Shown here: piece after piece, positions 53,570-64,000 of the stretch
How the letters are laid out: each line of letters begins with the position of its first letter
How positions within the stretch are numbered: position 1 is the stretch's first letter
Source of the DNA: Macrostomum lignano
Lineage: Eukaryota
Assembly: GCA_002269645.1 (NCBI GenBank)
Contig: NIVC01001051.1
Location: 124,001-188,000, forward strand
Direction: 5' to 3'
Length of the DNA stretch: 64,000 nt
Made by a program: the position numbers and the translations under genes
The notes under the pieces: generated by a model
Told to the model about the DNA's origin: nothing
Seen by the model: the letters and a program-made list of their open reading frames with translations, nothing else
The model's database searches: none

Positions 53570-54520
53570 CACCCACTTACTCCTGCAGCAGCCTCTGCTC
53601 ACCCACCCAGTCCTTCAGCAAGCTCTGCTCACCCACCCAGTCCTTCAGCAGCCTCTGCTCACCCACCCAGTCCTTCAGCAGCCTCTGCTCACCCACCCAG
53701 TCCTTCAGCAGCCTCTGCTCACCCACCCAGTCTTTCAGCAGCCTCTGCTCACCCACCCAGTCCTTCAGCAGCCTCTGCTCACCCACCCAGTCCTTCAGCA
53801 GCCTCTGCTCACCCACCCAGTCCTTCAGCAAGCTCTGCTCACCCACCCAGTCCTTCAGCAAGCTCTGCTCACCCACCCAGTCCTTCAGCAGCCTCTGCTC
53901 ACCCACCCAGTCCTTCAGCAAGCTCTGCTCACCCACCCAGTCCTTCAGCAAGCTCTGCTCACCCACCCAGTCTTTCAGCAAGCTCTGCTCACCCACCCAG
54001 TCCTTCAGCAGCCTCTGCTCACCCACCCAGTCCTTCAGCAAGCTCTGCTCACCCACCCAGTCTTTCAGCAAGCTCTGCTCACCCACCCAGTCTTTCAGCA
54101 AGCTCTGCTCACCCACCCAGTCCTTCAGCAGCCTCTGCTCACCCACCCAGTCCCTCAGCAGCCTCTGCTCACCCACCCAGTCCTTCAGCCAGCTCTGCTC
54201 ACCCACCCAGTCCCTCAGCAGCCTCTGCTCACCCACCCAGTCCTTCAGCCAGCTCTGCTCACCCACCCAGTCCCTCAGCAGCCTCTGCTCACCCACCCAG
54301 TCCCTCAGCAGCCTCTGCTCACCCACCCAGTCCCTCAGCAGCCTCTGCTCACCCACCCAGTCCTTCAGCAGCCTCTGCTCACCCACCCAGTCCTTCAGCA
54401 GCCTCTGCTCACCCACCCAGTCCTTCAGCAGCCTCTGCTCACCCACCCAGTCCTTCAGCAGCCTCTGCTCACCCACCCAGTCCTTCAGCAAGCTCTGCTC
54501 ACCCACCCAGTCCTTCAGCC
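53570..54520. repeat. 30-bp minisatellite between NUP43 and RMND1, ~31 copies
   Basis: Unit cacccacccagtccttcagcagcctctgct; it is the source of the periodic 309-aa minus-strand ORF. Confidence 0.95.
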
Positions 54521-54548
54521 ATCACTCTCCAGCCGCATTTCATTCCAG

Positions 54549-55916
54549 TTGCTCTCGTCAGTCCGGCTGTGTGGCCGCCTACTGATTGGCACCCGTGGCC
54601 GCGGCCTGTGCACAGTCCAGGCCCAGCAGAGGCGCCAGCACCGCAAGCAGCAGCATTTCGATGATTCGGCAGCATCAGCGCGGGCAGTGGAGCATCCAAT
54701 CGAAGCAATGGTTCTCGGCGAACGCTTAGATCTGCGCTCATTGGCCCGAGATTTAACCCAGCACGGACTTTACCAGCTGGTGCCGCTGCCCGCTGAACTA
54801 GCTGGCACAGCTTTGATGGCCACATCGCGCGAGCCGTATACAGTTGGCGGGCAGAAGCGGGATGCTGTACTGTTTGACAATGGCGCCGTGGTGCTGTGGA
54901 ATATGTCTGATAAGGAGGCTCAGCAAGCCGTTAAACTGTTTAGCGTGAGTTGGTTGCTCTCTTTCTGGTTAAGTGTGCGTACTTCAAAGAAATGATTGAC
55001 TGACTATTCTTCATTTGAGACTCCCCAATAGCCCCCATGTCTAATCACTGCTGCCGTTGTCCCAATGCGTAGGCATACACCACTGAGCCGCACAGCCAGC
55101 GCGACATACTGGAGCAGTCTGAAAGCATGGCCTTCGTCGCTGAGGACAGCGTCGGCACAACCCGAGTCAGCGAAGATCTCATCCAGCTGCCAGCCGGCCG
55201 CGATCCCTACTCGCTGGTGCTGGAAAAATTTGCATTAAGCGACGCTCTGGCCACTTCTACTAGGTTGGGCCATCTGGAGGCTCAGCTGGATCGGCTGGCT
55301 CGTGATCTGGAGCCTTGGATTGCTAGTTTGAAGGTAATTGCGTTTTTTTCTGTAGATTATCTGGTCCTACTGCTGCCTCAGAGAACCACTGGCCCAGTGA
55401 GTCATTGGGAATGTACGAGTAGAGCGGCCGAGTGGGACCGGAATGTAAAGCGGCCCCAAAAAGATAATCCCGTAACGATTTCACATTCAGTCTCTACTGT
55501 AGTTTCCACCAGCCTAGATGCATGGCAATGTCTATAATACTACTGAACTACTCTACTGTAACACCCAGGAAGGCCAGAACGTTCGCGCACCCGGCGATCT
55601 GATTCTAAGCCGCACCGGGCAGCTCTACCGTCTGAGATTCGCCGCCAGCGTCTGCGACTCGCCGCCAGATTTCTACTGGGAGCGCGAGGACTTGGAGGCG
55701 CTCTACGGCCGCATGTCCAACGTGCTCACCGTAGCCAGGAGAGCTCGCCTGCTCAATACTCGGCTGCAATTCTGCCTGGATCTGTGCGACCTATTGCGCA
55801 ATCAGAAGCACGAATTGGAAGGCCACAGACTCGAGTGGATAATTATCTTTCTTATATTCACGGAGATTATTTTTGCTATTGTGCACCTCAGCTTGGAGTT
55901 GCGCCGTTCTGAGTAA
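54549..55916 (+). CDS. RMND1: RMND1/Sif2 (DUF155) mitochondrial translation factor, 3 exons; no genomic start ATG at the 5' end of the frame
   Basis: Exons 54549-54944, 55073-55333 and 55569-55916. Motifs FDNGAVVLWN, LEKFALSDAL, PDFYWEREDLEALY, RRARLLNTRL and RLEWIIIFLI. The frame begins right after the acceptor tttcattccag. Confidence 0.9.
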
Positions 55917-56413
55917 CTGTCAGAATTTTCACTTAGCGCTACTGTACGCGACAGAATTCACCATTTGTGTCCGCTACCAGATTATGATTCTAATAAAATT
56001 AACTTGGCTTTTTCATCATCATGTGCATTTTCGCCAATTAAAATCAATAGCAAAAAACCAATAGCCGTCTTCTCTTCGCCTTTATTGTTTGTCATATGGG
56101 TAACAAATCAAGGTGATTAACGCTTGCTTGTATATATGCAGTTCATAACTGAGGTTAGTTGATGAATTATATTTTTAGCAGATTTTTTTATTCAAAAAAC
56201 ACATTAAAAGACAGTAAATTTGCAAGTTAATTAATTAATAGAATTTGATGCCATGCATTCACGTGTTAACATTGTAAATACATTGCTGCAATGCTCAGCA
56301 CTTGTACACAGAAACGGAAATAATTGAAATAACCAGAATAAAAACAAAAACACACAATGGTTCCAATTGTCAGTGTTAAGCGCACCTTGCACTATTTAAA
56401 GTTGCCATCTGCA

Positions 56414-56638
56414 TCAGGTGCGCGAAGATTTCTCGCACTCTAGCAGGCACTCTCTGACCATCATGCGGCAGGTGTGAATATTCTTCTTCAGCCGTTCAAT
56501 AGCCATCTTGTTGCCAGCGTAGCTGGGCCGAACGTCGCGGCCCATCTCTTCGATGACCTGCAGCAGCTGGTTGTACTTGCTAGGCGGTTGGTTGCCGGCC
56601 GGCCCGTCCGGCTTCTTGGATGGCGCGGCGAGATCCAT
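56414..56638 (-). CDS. CDK2AP1: CDK2-associated protein 1/2 (DOC-1 family, NuRD subunit), 74 aa
   Basis: SKYNQLLQVIEEMGRDVRPSYAGNKMAIERLKKNIHTCRMMVRECLLECE matches the DOC-1 domain. ATG at 56638, preceded by an acceptor-like cccgcag; an additional upstream exon cannot be excluded. Confidence 0.9.
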   Translation of the reverse strand: MDLAAPSKKPDGPAGNQPPSKYNQLLQVIEEMGRDVRPSYAGNKMAIERLKKNIHTCRMMVRECLLECEKSSRT

Positions 56639-56999
56639 GCTAGCTGCGGGATGCGGCAATCAGCAAGTTTGACTTAAAACCTTCAAAATCAAGATTCTAA
56701 GGGTTAAAAGCTTACATGGGAACACAATACAAAAATGAGCAGACTTATTAGTACCCTATATTCCAGTGCCTTTGCACAGAGAGAGCAAGCACCCCAGTAC
56801 TTCTGGATGTCCCTTTATGCTATCTTTGGATTGTCCCTATATGATTTGGTAAGACACAGGTGAGAAATGAGCTTGCGACCATCTTGCAACCATTTTTGTG
56901 TCCCGAAAATGAGGCAAACTGCTGCAAGATGGGTACAAGTAAGTTTGTATAACCATTAGCCATTTAAGCTACTAAATAAGTAGAGTGAAAGAAATATGC

Positions 57000-58965
57000 A
57001 ATCACTGCAGCGGTCCATGAGGCAAATTGCTTGCCAAGCTTTTCCCACCAAGGTTTGCCCACAATGCTTTTTCCTGCAGCACATCTACTACATCAGTCAT
57101 ACACGCCCAACACTCAGCCGACACGGCTGGGTGGCGAGAGGTCTGGCCAAGGTAAGTCGCAAAAATGCTGACCCAAAAAATAGTTACGTATAGTATAGTT
57201 ACTCCTGTCGTTTACCCGAAATTGCATTAATTTTGCTTTAGGGTTTCTTTCATACAGGTAAGACGCATTTTTGGTCAAAAAGTAAGTCACACAGCTGGGT
57301 GAAATTTTGAAGTTGGGCATATATGACATCAGTAGATTTTAGATTTCAGTAGATGTAGTAGATTTTGTCCACATTGCTCCCTAATTGCTTAGCTATAATA
57401 GAGATTTAGGGGACAGTGTGACATGGAATATGCATGAATTAATAGCTCACAGATGAACCCTTTGTATGCATATGGAAATGAAAATCTACAAGAAAAATAA
57501 GCATTTATTAAGCAGTTACCATTAAAATTTTTTGATTGGGTAAATATCTTTATTAATAATTACTAAGCTTTGGGAGGCAATGCAAACAAATGTGCTACAG
57601 AAAAAAAAAGCATTGTGGGCAAACTTGGGTAGGAAAAGCTCAGTAGGCCATTTGCTCACAGGCAATTCACTCATGGGCAAATTGTATTGGAGGAAAATCT
57701 TGGCAGGGAAACTCAATGGGCAATTCACTTATAGGCAGGCACAAAGAATAAAAATATTGGGGGGGAGGCAAGACATGGGCAAACTCTAATATTTTTGGAC
57801 AGAAAAGCCTAAATGGAGAATAAAGACTAAATGCTATAATATACTTATTTGACATAACCTGGGGCCTAGTGGGCTGCATAAAAACACCTGTGCAACCCTT
57901 GGGCTCCAGTGCTGAAAAGTATATAGCCACAAGGCTTCATCCCCTAGACTTAGTTTACCTCTGTATGGTGCAGTTGCTGACATTGTAGCCAAGATCCCAT
58001 TATCTAGACAGTGGGCCCTACCAGTCACCTATGCAAGAATATACCTGGTAAAACTCCCACTAACAAGATGGGACTCCCAGTCTATAAGGCAGATAAAGGT
58101 TCTTGACCCCAATTGTACTAGAAATTTCCAATTAAGGGACTATGCAAGACATACAAAAGACAGTCTAATACTGGAAATAAGGACTTTTTCTTAGGGGGTC
58201 TTTTAGCTAGTAAATGATTCTAGACTACAATTCCCTCTTAAGCCCCAGGATCCCAAGGATGGATATTTGGATAATAGGGTAATGCCATTTTAATGTCTCC
58301 TCCTACATGGGTTTGATGTAGCAAGGCATAGGGAAGCAAAAGTCTCAGAGCTCTCTTATGGTGCACATCTTATAGGGACTTTTTTGTTATTGCTATAATT
58401 ATTTTGTTGAATTTGGCTTATATTTAGTGATCTACTTTGGTCCTGAGCTCCTATTCCATGCCTTTCAATAGGTTCACTCACTATTCCCACTTTATACTAG
58501 GACTTATGATAAATAAGTAAATAGACAGAAGCAACAAAGAGTTCAATGACTAATGCCCTTAATTGCTAGCCCTTAAACTTGGGAGCAGGAGAAATGCCTA
58601 CAGATGAATTGCCCATCAAAATTTACCTGCCAAGATTTGCCCGCAGTGCATTTTGCCCATGAGCGAATTGCCCATGGAGATTTATCTACCAAAAATTGCT
58701 TGCCAAGATTTCCCATAGTGCAATTTGCCTACAAGCAAATTGCCTGCCAAGATTTTTCCTACCAAGGTTTGCCCGCAATGCTTTTTCCTGCAGTGCATTG
58801 CCCTACCCTCTCCCAAAAAAATATGCATTTGATATGTAGTTTACTATCAAAATGTTTTGATCAGGTAAATCTCTTTATTAAAATTTACTAAGCATTAAGG
58901 AGGCAATATGCAGACAAAATCTGCCACGTGGCTAAATGTGCTGCAGGAAAAAGCATTGCGAGTTC
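57000..58965. repeat. fragments of a degenerate repeat family in both orientations
   Basis: Motif tttgcccgcaatgctttttcctgcag and gggcaaattg-type subrepeats at ~57050, 57590-57760 (inverted), 58590-58800 and 58940 (inverted). Confidence 0.55.
57096..57327. mobile_element. MITE family copy 3 (TIR gtcatacacgcccaac)
   Basis: gtcatacacgcccaac ... gttgggcatatatgac; same core as 32664-32956. Confidence 0.65.
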
Positions 58966-60660
58966 ATAGTGTGGTAGGCCAGTCTACCATTGGGGTGAAT
59001 GATAGCAGGCCTCCAGTGCGGGCAAGGCGGATGACCAAGTTCCACGGGATGACGGTTGACATCCAACTTAAATGACCATGCCGCTAAAAGACCACTCAAC
59101 TACAATTATGACTACCTTCCCCCTGGAATTGAGGACCCTAGCAGATAGAGTATCTAAGGAAAAGAATTAATACATCAATTTGTGCAATTTTCTAGCTTAC
59201 GAGTGCCAAGACTACACAAGCGGCAATTCAAGTCTAAGACCACCATTTTCTGGTGTTAGCTAATGACAGCAAACCGCCAACTGGTGACTTTCAAGTTTGA
59301 ACCCAATTTTGAACCCAACCATTTTCTATATTAATCTTCTCCACCCCCATCTCAATAGATTAGGGCCTAGTTTATAGATTAATTTCCTATAGTTAAAAGA
59401 ATTTAACAAATAGAACTTGACAATTGACAATACATTAATCTCTGCATATATATATCTATATAAAACCAGTTTTGATTATATTACTGGTATATAATATACC
59501 AGTGTCCAGTGTCAGGATTATATGCCAGTGTATGCCAAAATGAAATTTGTTTCCACAGCTTTTATATATAAATGTATGAGTACACTAATAGATTTATATT
59601 GTACACAAAAATATGCCAAGATAAAAAAATTACTAGCTATATTTTAAGCTTGTGCTTTTTTAATATTTATTTTCCCATTCTTTTTAGATCATGCTTGGGT
59701 GCAACCTAAGGATTCACCCAACCATTTCTATTGGTAACACACACATGCAAGTTGCTATTGGACAGAATAGTAGTCACGTGACTACTCTCAGCCAATAGCA
59801 ATTTACATGTGTATATTGCCAATACCATACATAGGCTCAGGTCAGGTTCTTCTACTTCTAGAACTGGTTTAGAGTGCTAAGCCTAGCTTATCATGGACAA
59901 ATGTGATCTGACGACTGACTTCCCAAAATTGTGTTGTTTGGATAAATGAAATTAATCAGTTTAACCAGACTCAAATTAAACGCAAACTCACTACTTTCAA
60001 ACCATTTGTCATTGCAGCTTTAATTGAGGCCCAAAATTACGTAATTTGTTTAGTCAAACGCACGCGCATAAACAGAAACAGCTAAACAAAATTTATTACC
60101 GTTAATATATGAAATACACATGTTAGCACTAAGCCAAATGCTCATCTGGTTTACTTAAGTAGCTTAATGCTTAATAAGCGCTTAATGAATCCAAAAAGAC
60201 AGTAAGTCGAAATCCTGTGTGCACTACAATCTACAAGGACGACTACTACACAATGACGATGACTTTTCAGTTATATTTATTGTTTATGACATTGCATTAC
60301 CCTTTTATTATGAGCATATATATAAATACACACTTGTACACTCATGTAAATTATTACCATGCAACTACATGTACGTGAAGGATACAAAATAATCTTTAAT
60401 TTTTAGTCACGAGTGCTAATAAAGGATTATTGTATGCGTGCTAGCTGACTATTCTTTCATGGGACGCAAAGCGTTTGTGATTAACTAGTCTTCACATAAC
60501 TTTTCTCCTCAATACGAGTCTATTTCGCTCTTAAAGACCAAATTTACATGTATTTCATGTACCACATGTATTATTTGCGACACGCGAGTTTTTGTAATGC
60601 GTCGACAATTTTGTGCAAATAAGCATTCAAATAAATTAAATATGTACCAGCTTATATTTG

Positions 60661-60952
60661 CCTGAAGCACCCCAGAGGATGTCTCAAAGAAATCCGACAG
60701 GCCGTCCGATGTTCGCACAACAGCGCTCGTGCCATGATACAGCGCCATGACGGTGGAAATCAGCTGCTCTTGCACGTTGTGCGCACGAAGCACCATTGGG
60801 AGCACGGCCGTCACGACCGAGTCAAAAGCCTTCCTGAAGTCAATAAAGAGAGCTAATCAGGCTCGACTGGCGGGTCCGTGCTTCCTCGATGACTCAGCAA
60901 AGATCCAGGATCTGCGCCACTGTACCGCGATGGTTCCGGAACCCGTTCTGAA
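60661..60952 (-). pseudogene. non-LTR retrotransposon (LINE, RTE-like) reverse transcriptase fragment
   Basis: QNGFRNHRGTVAQILDLC*VIEE...IDFRKAFDSV...LY..TSAVVRTSDGLSDFFETSSGVLQG: typical LINE RT domains, one in-frame stop, truncated on both sides. Confidence 0.85.
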
Positions 60953-60973
60953 CCCGTTCTGCTTATTTACTAC

Positions 60974-62998
60974 TGATGGGTTTCGGCCTTTTCGGCTGTA
61001 GAAAAGCCTCCGGGCCTCAGGTCTCAGAAATAAATCAATTAGAGTCCTGGCCCCCCACTCCTGTCAGATGGTCAGCCCCAAGGTAGCTTGATCTGTGGCG
61101 AGCAGTCTAGGTCCTATAGCTAAGAGAGGGACAGCGAGAGACAAGCAGGGAGAATTTCGAAGGTAGAGTTGGCTAATCCGCAGATTAACTAACCCGCTGC
61201 CACCAGCCCGTGCGTACTGGCTCACCAAACCAGAACTTTCGAAATCGGGCTTCCGACTAGAAGGGGCAATTAGCACTTACCTGCCAACTAGTGTCTTTTT
61301 GCTGTCAATCTCGAAGTCTGCATAGCCGATGATAAGGGACACTGCTGGGACTAGATCGCATTGGCCATGCAGGTACAGAGGGGACTTGTGCAGGGGATTC
61401 TTGCAGTGGCGAGTCTATGGGGTAGCTACATGTACTATTACATTGCTAAATACGAGGGATTGTACTTTTGGCCTTCAACGTGCTAACCAGCCTCTCGTAG
61501 CGCTGATGATAGACTAACTCGAACTTTAGAGATCGCATGATTCATTACCCGAGCCGCTTGGCGAATTTAGAGTGCACGGAAGTACATCTCTAGCGCCGAT
61601 TTTGCACTATTGGCAATTTCGCTAACTGATTTGATAAATGGATCAACTGAGAGCCGCCTTGCCATTGGTCTACTGCGACCGGCGCCTACTAGCTTAGTTC
61701 CTCATCTGAGCCATCGGCGAACAAAGAAATAAAACCGATAAAATAAATGCCGGATTTAACCTTCTCACTGATATCACACTTCAGATTGAATTGGAGTTTC
61801 AGACTACTAACAGTATTATTGAATGATTTATGCCTCAATAACAGCACTACTGAACAAAATTAGCAAAAGTGTGCGCCTAATCCAGCTACTGAAATAGGGG
61901 ACAGATAAGGAATCACCCAATCAAGCAAGTCTAGGTAGCCTCTCACCCAACCAATCAGAAACTCAAAGCCCGGAGACCAGGTAATCCACAGTGACCGAAT
62001 CGGCTTGGTGCTTCGCAGCTGTAGGCCCGGAATGATGCTGTCACAATCGCTGCAGATAGCTAGCAGGTGATGGATCTTAACTTCGATGCTTGATGCAATC
62101 AACCGGGGGGAGACGTCCTGGATGATGAGGGGGGGGGGGGTTGTTGCAATCCGGGGATCAAGAGACGACGGTCGTGACTCCGGAATGGGAGCCGCCAACG
62201 TAAAGTGGTTCGAGTCCCGGGAGCCCGAAGGTGTAGAACAGTGCGTGCCAAAAACATCGGTTTATATAGCCGCCAACTGGACTGCAATTTGTTAAAATGG
62301 AACACCTCGACGCTGATTGGCTGAGCCGATTTGTTATAACTGATGTCGAATTTTCTGATTTGGCTGAGCTTGTTGCCATCCAACCTCACGTGACCAAAAG
62401 ATCCTATTAGTTCCCTCGGGGCCATAAAATACGCCAGGTGTTGTCATAAACCACTCAAAATCGCTACATTATGATTTATGACCTTTCGCGTAGGAATGAC
62501 AGAAATTAATGAAAAAATATGCATTAGAAAGATCTTCTTAAGTAGAAGGTGAAGATGGTGAAGAGAAATCGCTAATCGCTAATCCCAAAGTACTTTTAGG
62601 GGTAAAACGCATAGCTGTCAGAGCTGTCACACGCTTGAGTGAACACGAACAATAGGCTCCAACTTCATAAATCTGATGGCCTGTCAAAAATGAAGAGAAA
62701 AAAGCTACCGCCCGCATCCTCTCAGACCATCTGGCGCCAGCCTCAACACTGAGTGAAGCGCAGGTGGCTGTCAGACAAGCTCACAAGGAATGATTTATGA
62801 CCCCAAAAGTAACGAAAACCGCGCCTATGTTATAGTGAATACAGGTATGGCAAAATCATAGCTACAGAAATCCTACTAGTATGAATTTTAGGAAAATTAC
62901 ATAAAAAGAAGAAAAATGTCCATGCCTGCTCTTAGTAGGCTAACAGGCTTGGAACCCATGTGCGAGCGTGAGATTAGGGAAAAAGTGCGTCCTCATCA
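60974..62998 (-). mobile_element. ~2-kb solo-LTR-like element, copy 2
   Basis: Collinear with 36494-38481; TGATGGG...CCTCATCA ends; flanks ctac/ccac (4-bp TSD with one mismatch); TATATAAA plus two CCAAT boxes on the minus strand. Confidence 0.75.
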
Positions 62999-63289
62999 CC
63001 ACATTTAGTTGGTCATACTGCCAAATTAAGCTATATAATATACAAGCTGTTGAAACCCGCGGATTTTGAACCCGGGGAATTCCAATAACCGGAACTACTT
63101 TTGCATGTATTCTGAAGTCTAAGGCCATACACAAACGAAAACTTGTTAATAGTTAGTAGGATAGAGGTAGACATAAAATGGAGCACATTCGTGTAAAATT
63201 AGGGTTTGAGACATTGTTGGCTGGGGTACTGCGCAGAATGTCAGGCAATGTCTGTCTGACTCTAAAACATATATTGCTAAACTCTGGTC

Positions 63290-64000
63290 TCTCCCTGACT
63301 CTCCCTACGTCCCTTGGATCCTTTAAAATTTCTATCGTCTCTTTGTTTCCTCTCATCTCTCTCGTCCCTCGTCTCTCGTCTCTCCTCTCTCCCCTCTTCT
63401 CTCGTATCTTCCCTCATCTCTCTTCTCTTTCATCTCTCTTATCTCATCCCTTGTCTCTTCTTTTCTCTCTCCTCTCCTCTCTCCTCTCCTCTCTCCTCTC
63501 TCCCCTCTCCTCTCACCCCCTCTTCTCTCTTATCTTCCTTCTCCTTTATATTCTTTTCTCTCTTCTCTTAACTCTCTCCTCTGCTCTCTCATCTTTCCCC
63601 TCTTCTCTCGTATCTTCCCTCACCTCTCTTCTCTTTCATCTCTCTTATCTCATCCCTTCTCTTCTTTTCTCTCTCCTCTCCTCTCTCCTCTCCCCCTCTT
63701 CTCTCGTATCTTCCCTCATCTCTCTTCTCTTTCATCTCTCTTATCTCATCTCTTGTCTCTTCTTTTCTCTCTCCTCTCCTCTCTCCTCTCTACTTTTTCG
63801 TTTTCTCTCTCCTCTCCTCTCTCCTCTCTCTCTCCCTCTCCTCTCTCCTCTCACCCCCTCTTCTCTCTTATCTTCCTTCTCCTTTCTATTCTTTTCTCTC
63901 TTCTCTTAACTCTCTCCTCTACTCTCTCATCTCTCCCCTCTTCTCTCGTCTCTTCCCTCACCTCTTTTCTCTCTCGTCTTTGCTCTCTCATCTTTCCTTT
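63290..64000. repeat. CT-rich low-complexity tract with internal duplications
   Basis: Blocks such as cttctctcgtatcttccctca recur; the tract runs off the window end. Confidence 0.85.

Noticed and set aside
53577-54506. 309-aa ORF of EQRLLKDWVG repeats (looks like a coiled-coil protein)
   Set aside because: It is the translation of a 30-bp minisatellite that lacks stops in most frames. It starts at GTG and lies antisense between NUP43 and RMND1.

Overview
This is eukaryotic (metazoan) genomic DNA: GC-rich exons sit in AT-rich spacers, and minisatellites are very dense. That style is compatible with a free-living flatworm such as Macrostomum, but this is an inference only. Six host genes can be built with GT-AG introns: SLC41-family Mg2+ transporter (-, 5 exons), G-protein gamma subunit (-), vigilin/HDLBP (-, 8 coding exons, ~1300 aa), NUP43 (+, 3 exons), RMND1 (+, 3 exons) and CDK2AP1/DOC-1-like (-). 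Mobile DNA includes an internally deleted Gypsy LTR element (5-bp TSD, tRNA-Ser PBS), two ~2-kb solo-LTR-like copies, a deleted mariner, a tRNA/CORE SINE, a LINE RT fragment and several MITEs, some nested. The strongest lead is RMND1. Its reading frame, with a mitochondrial-presequence-like N-terminus, starts exactly at a splice acceptor with no ATG, 1.3 kb downstream of co-oriented NUP43. This fits an operon resolved by spliced-leader trans-splicing in which the SL supplies the start AUG. Other leads are a captured copy of the G-gamma 3' end plus its satellite inside another satellite, a different minisatellite in almost every large intron, and 14 of 15 introns in phase 0.
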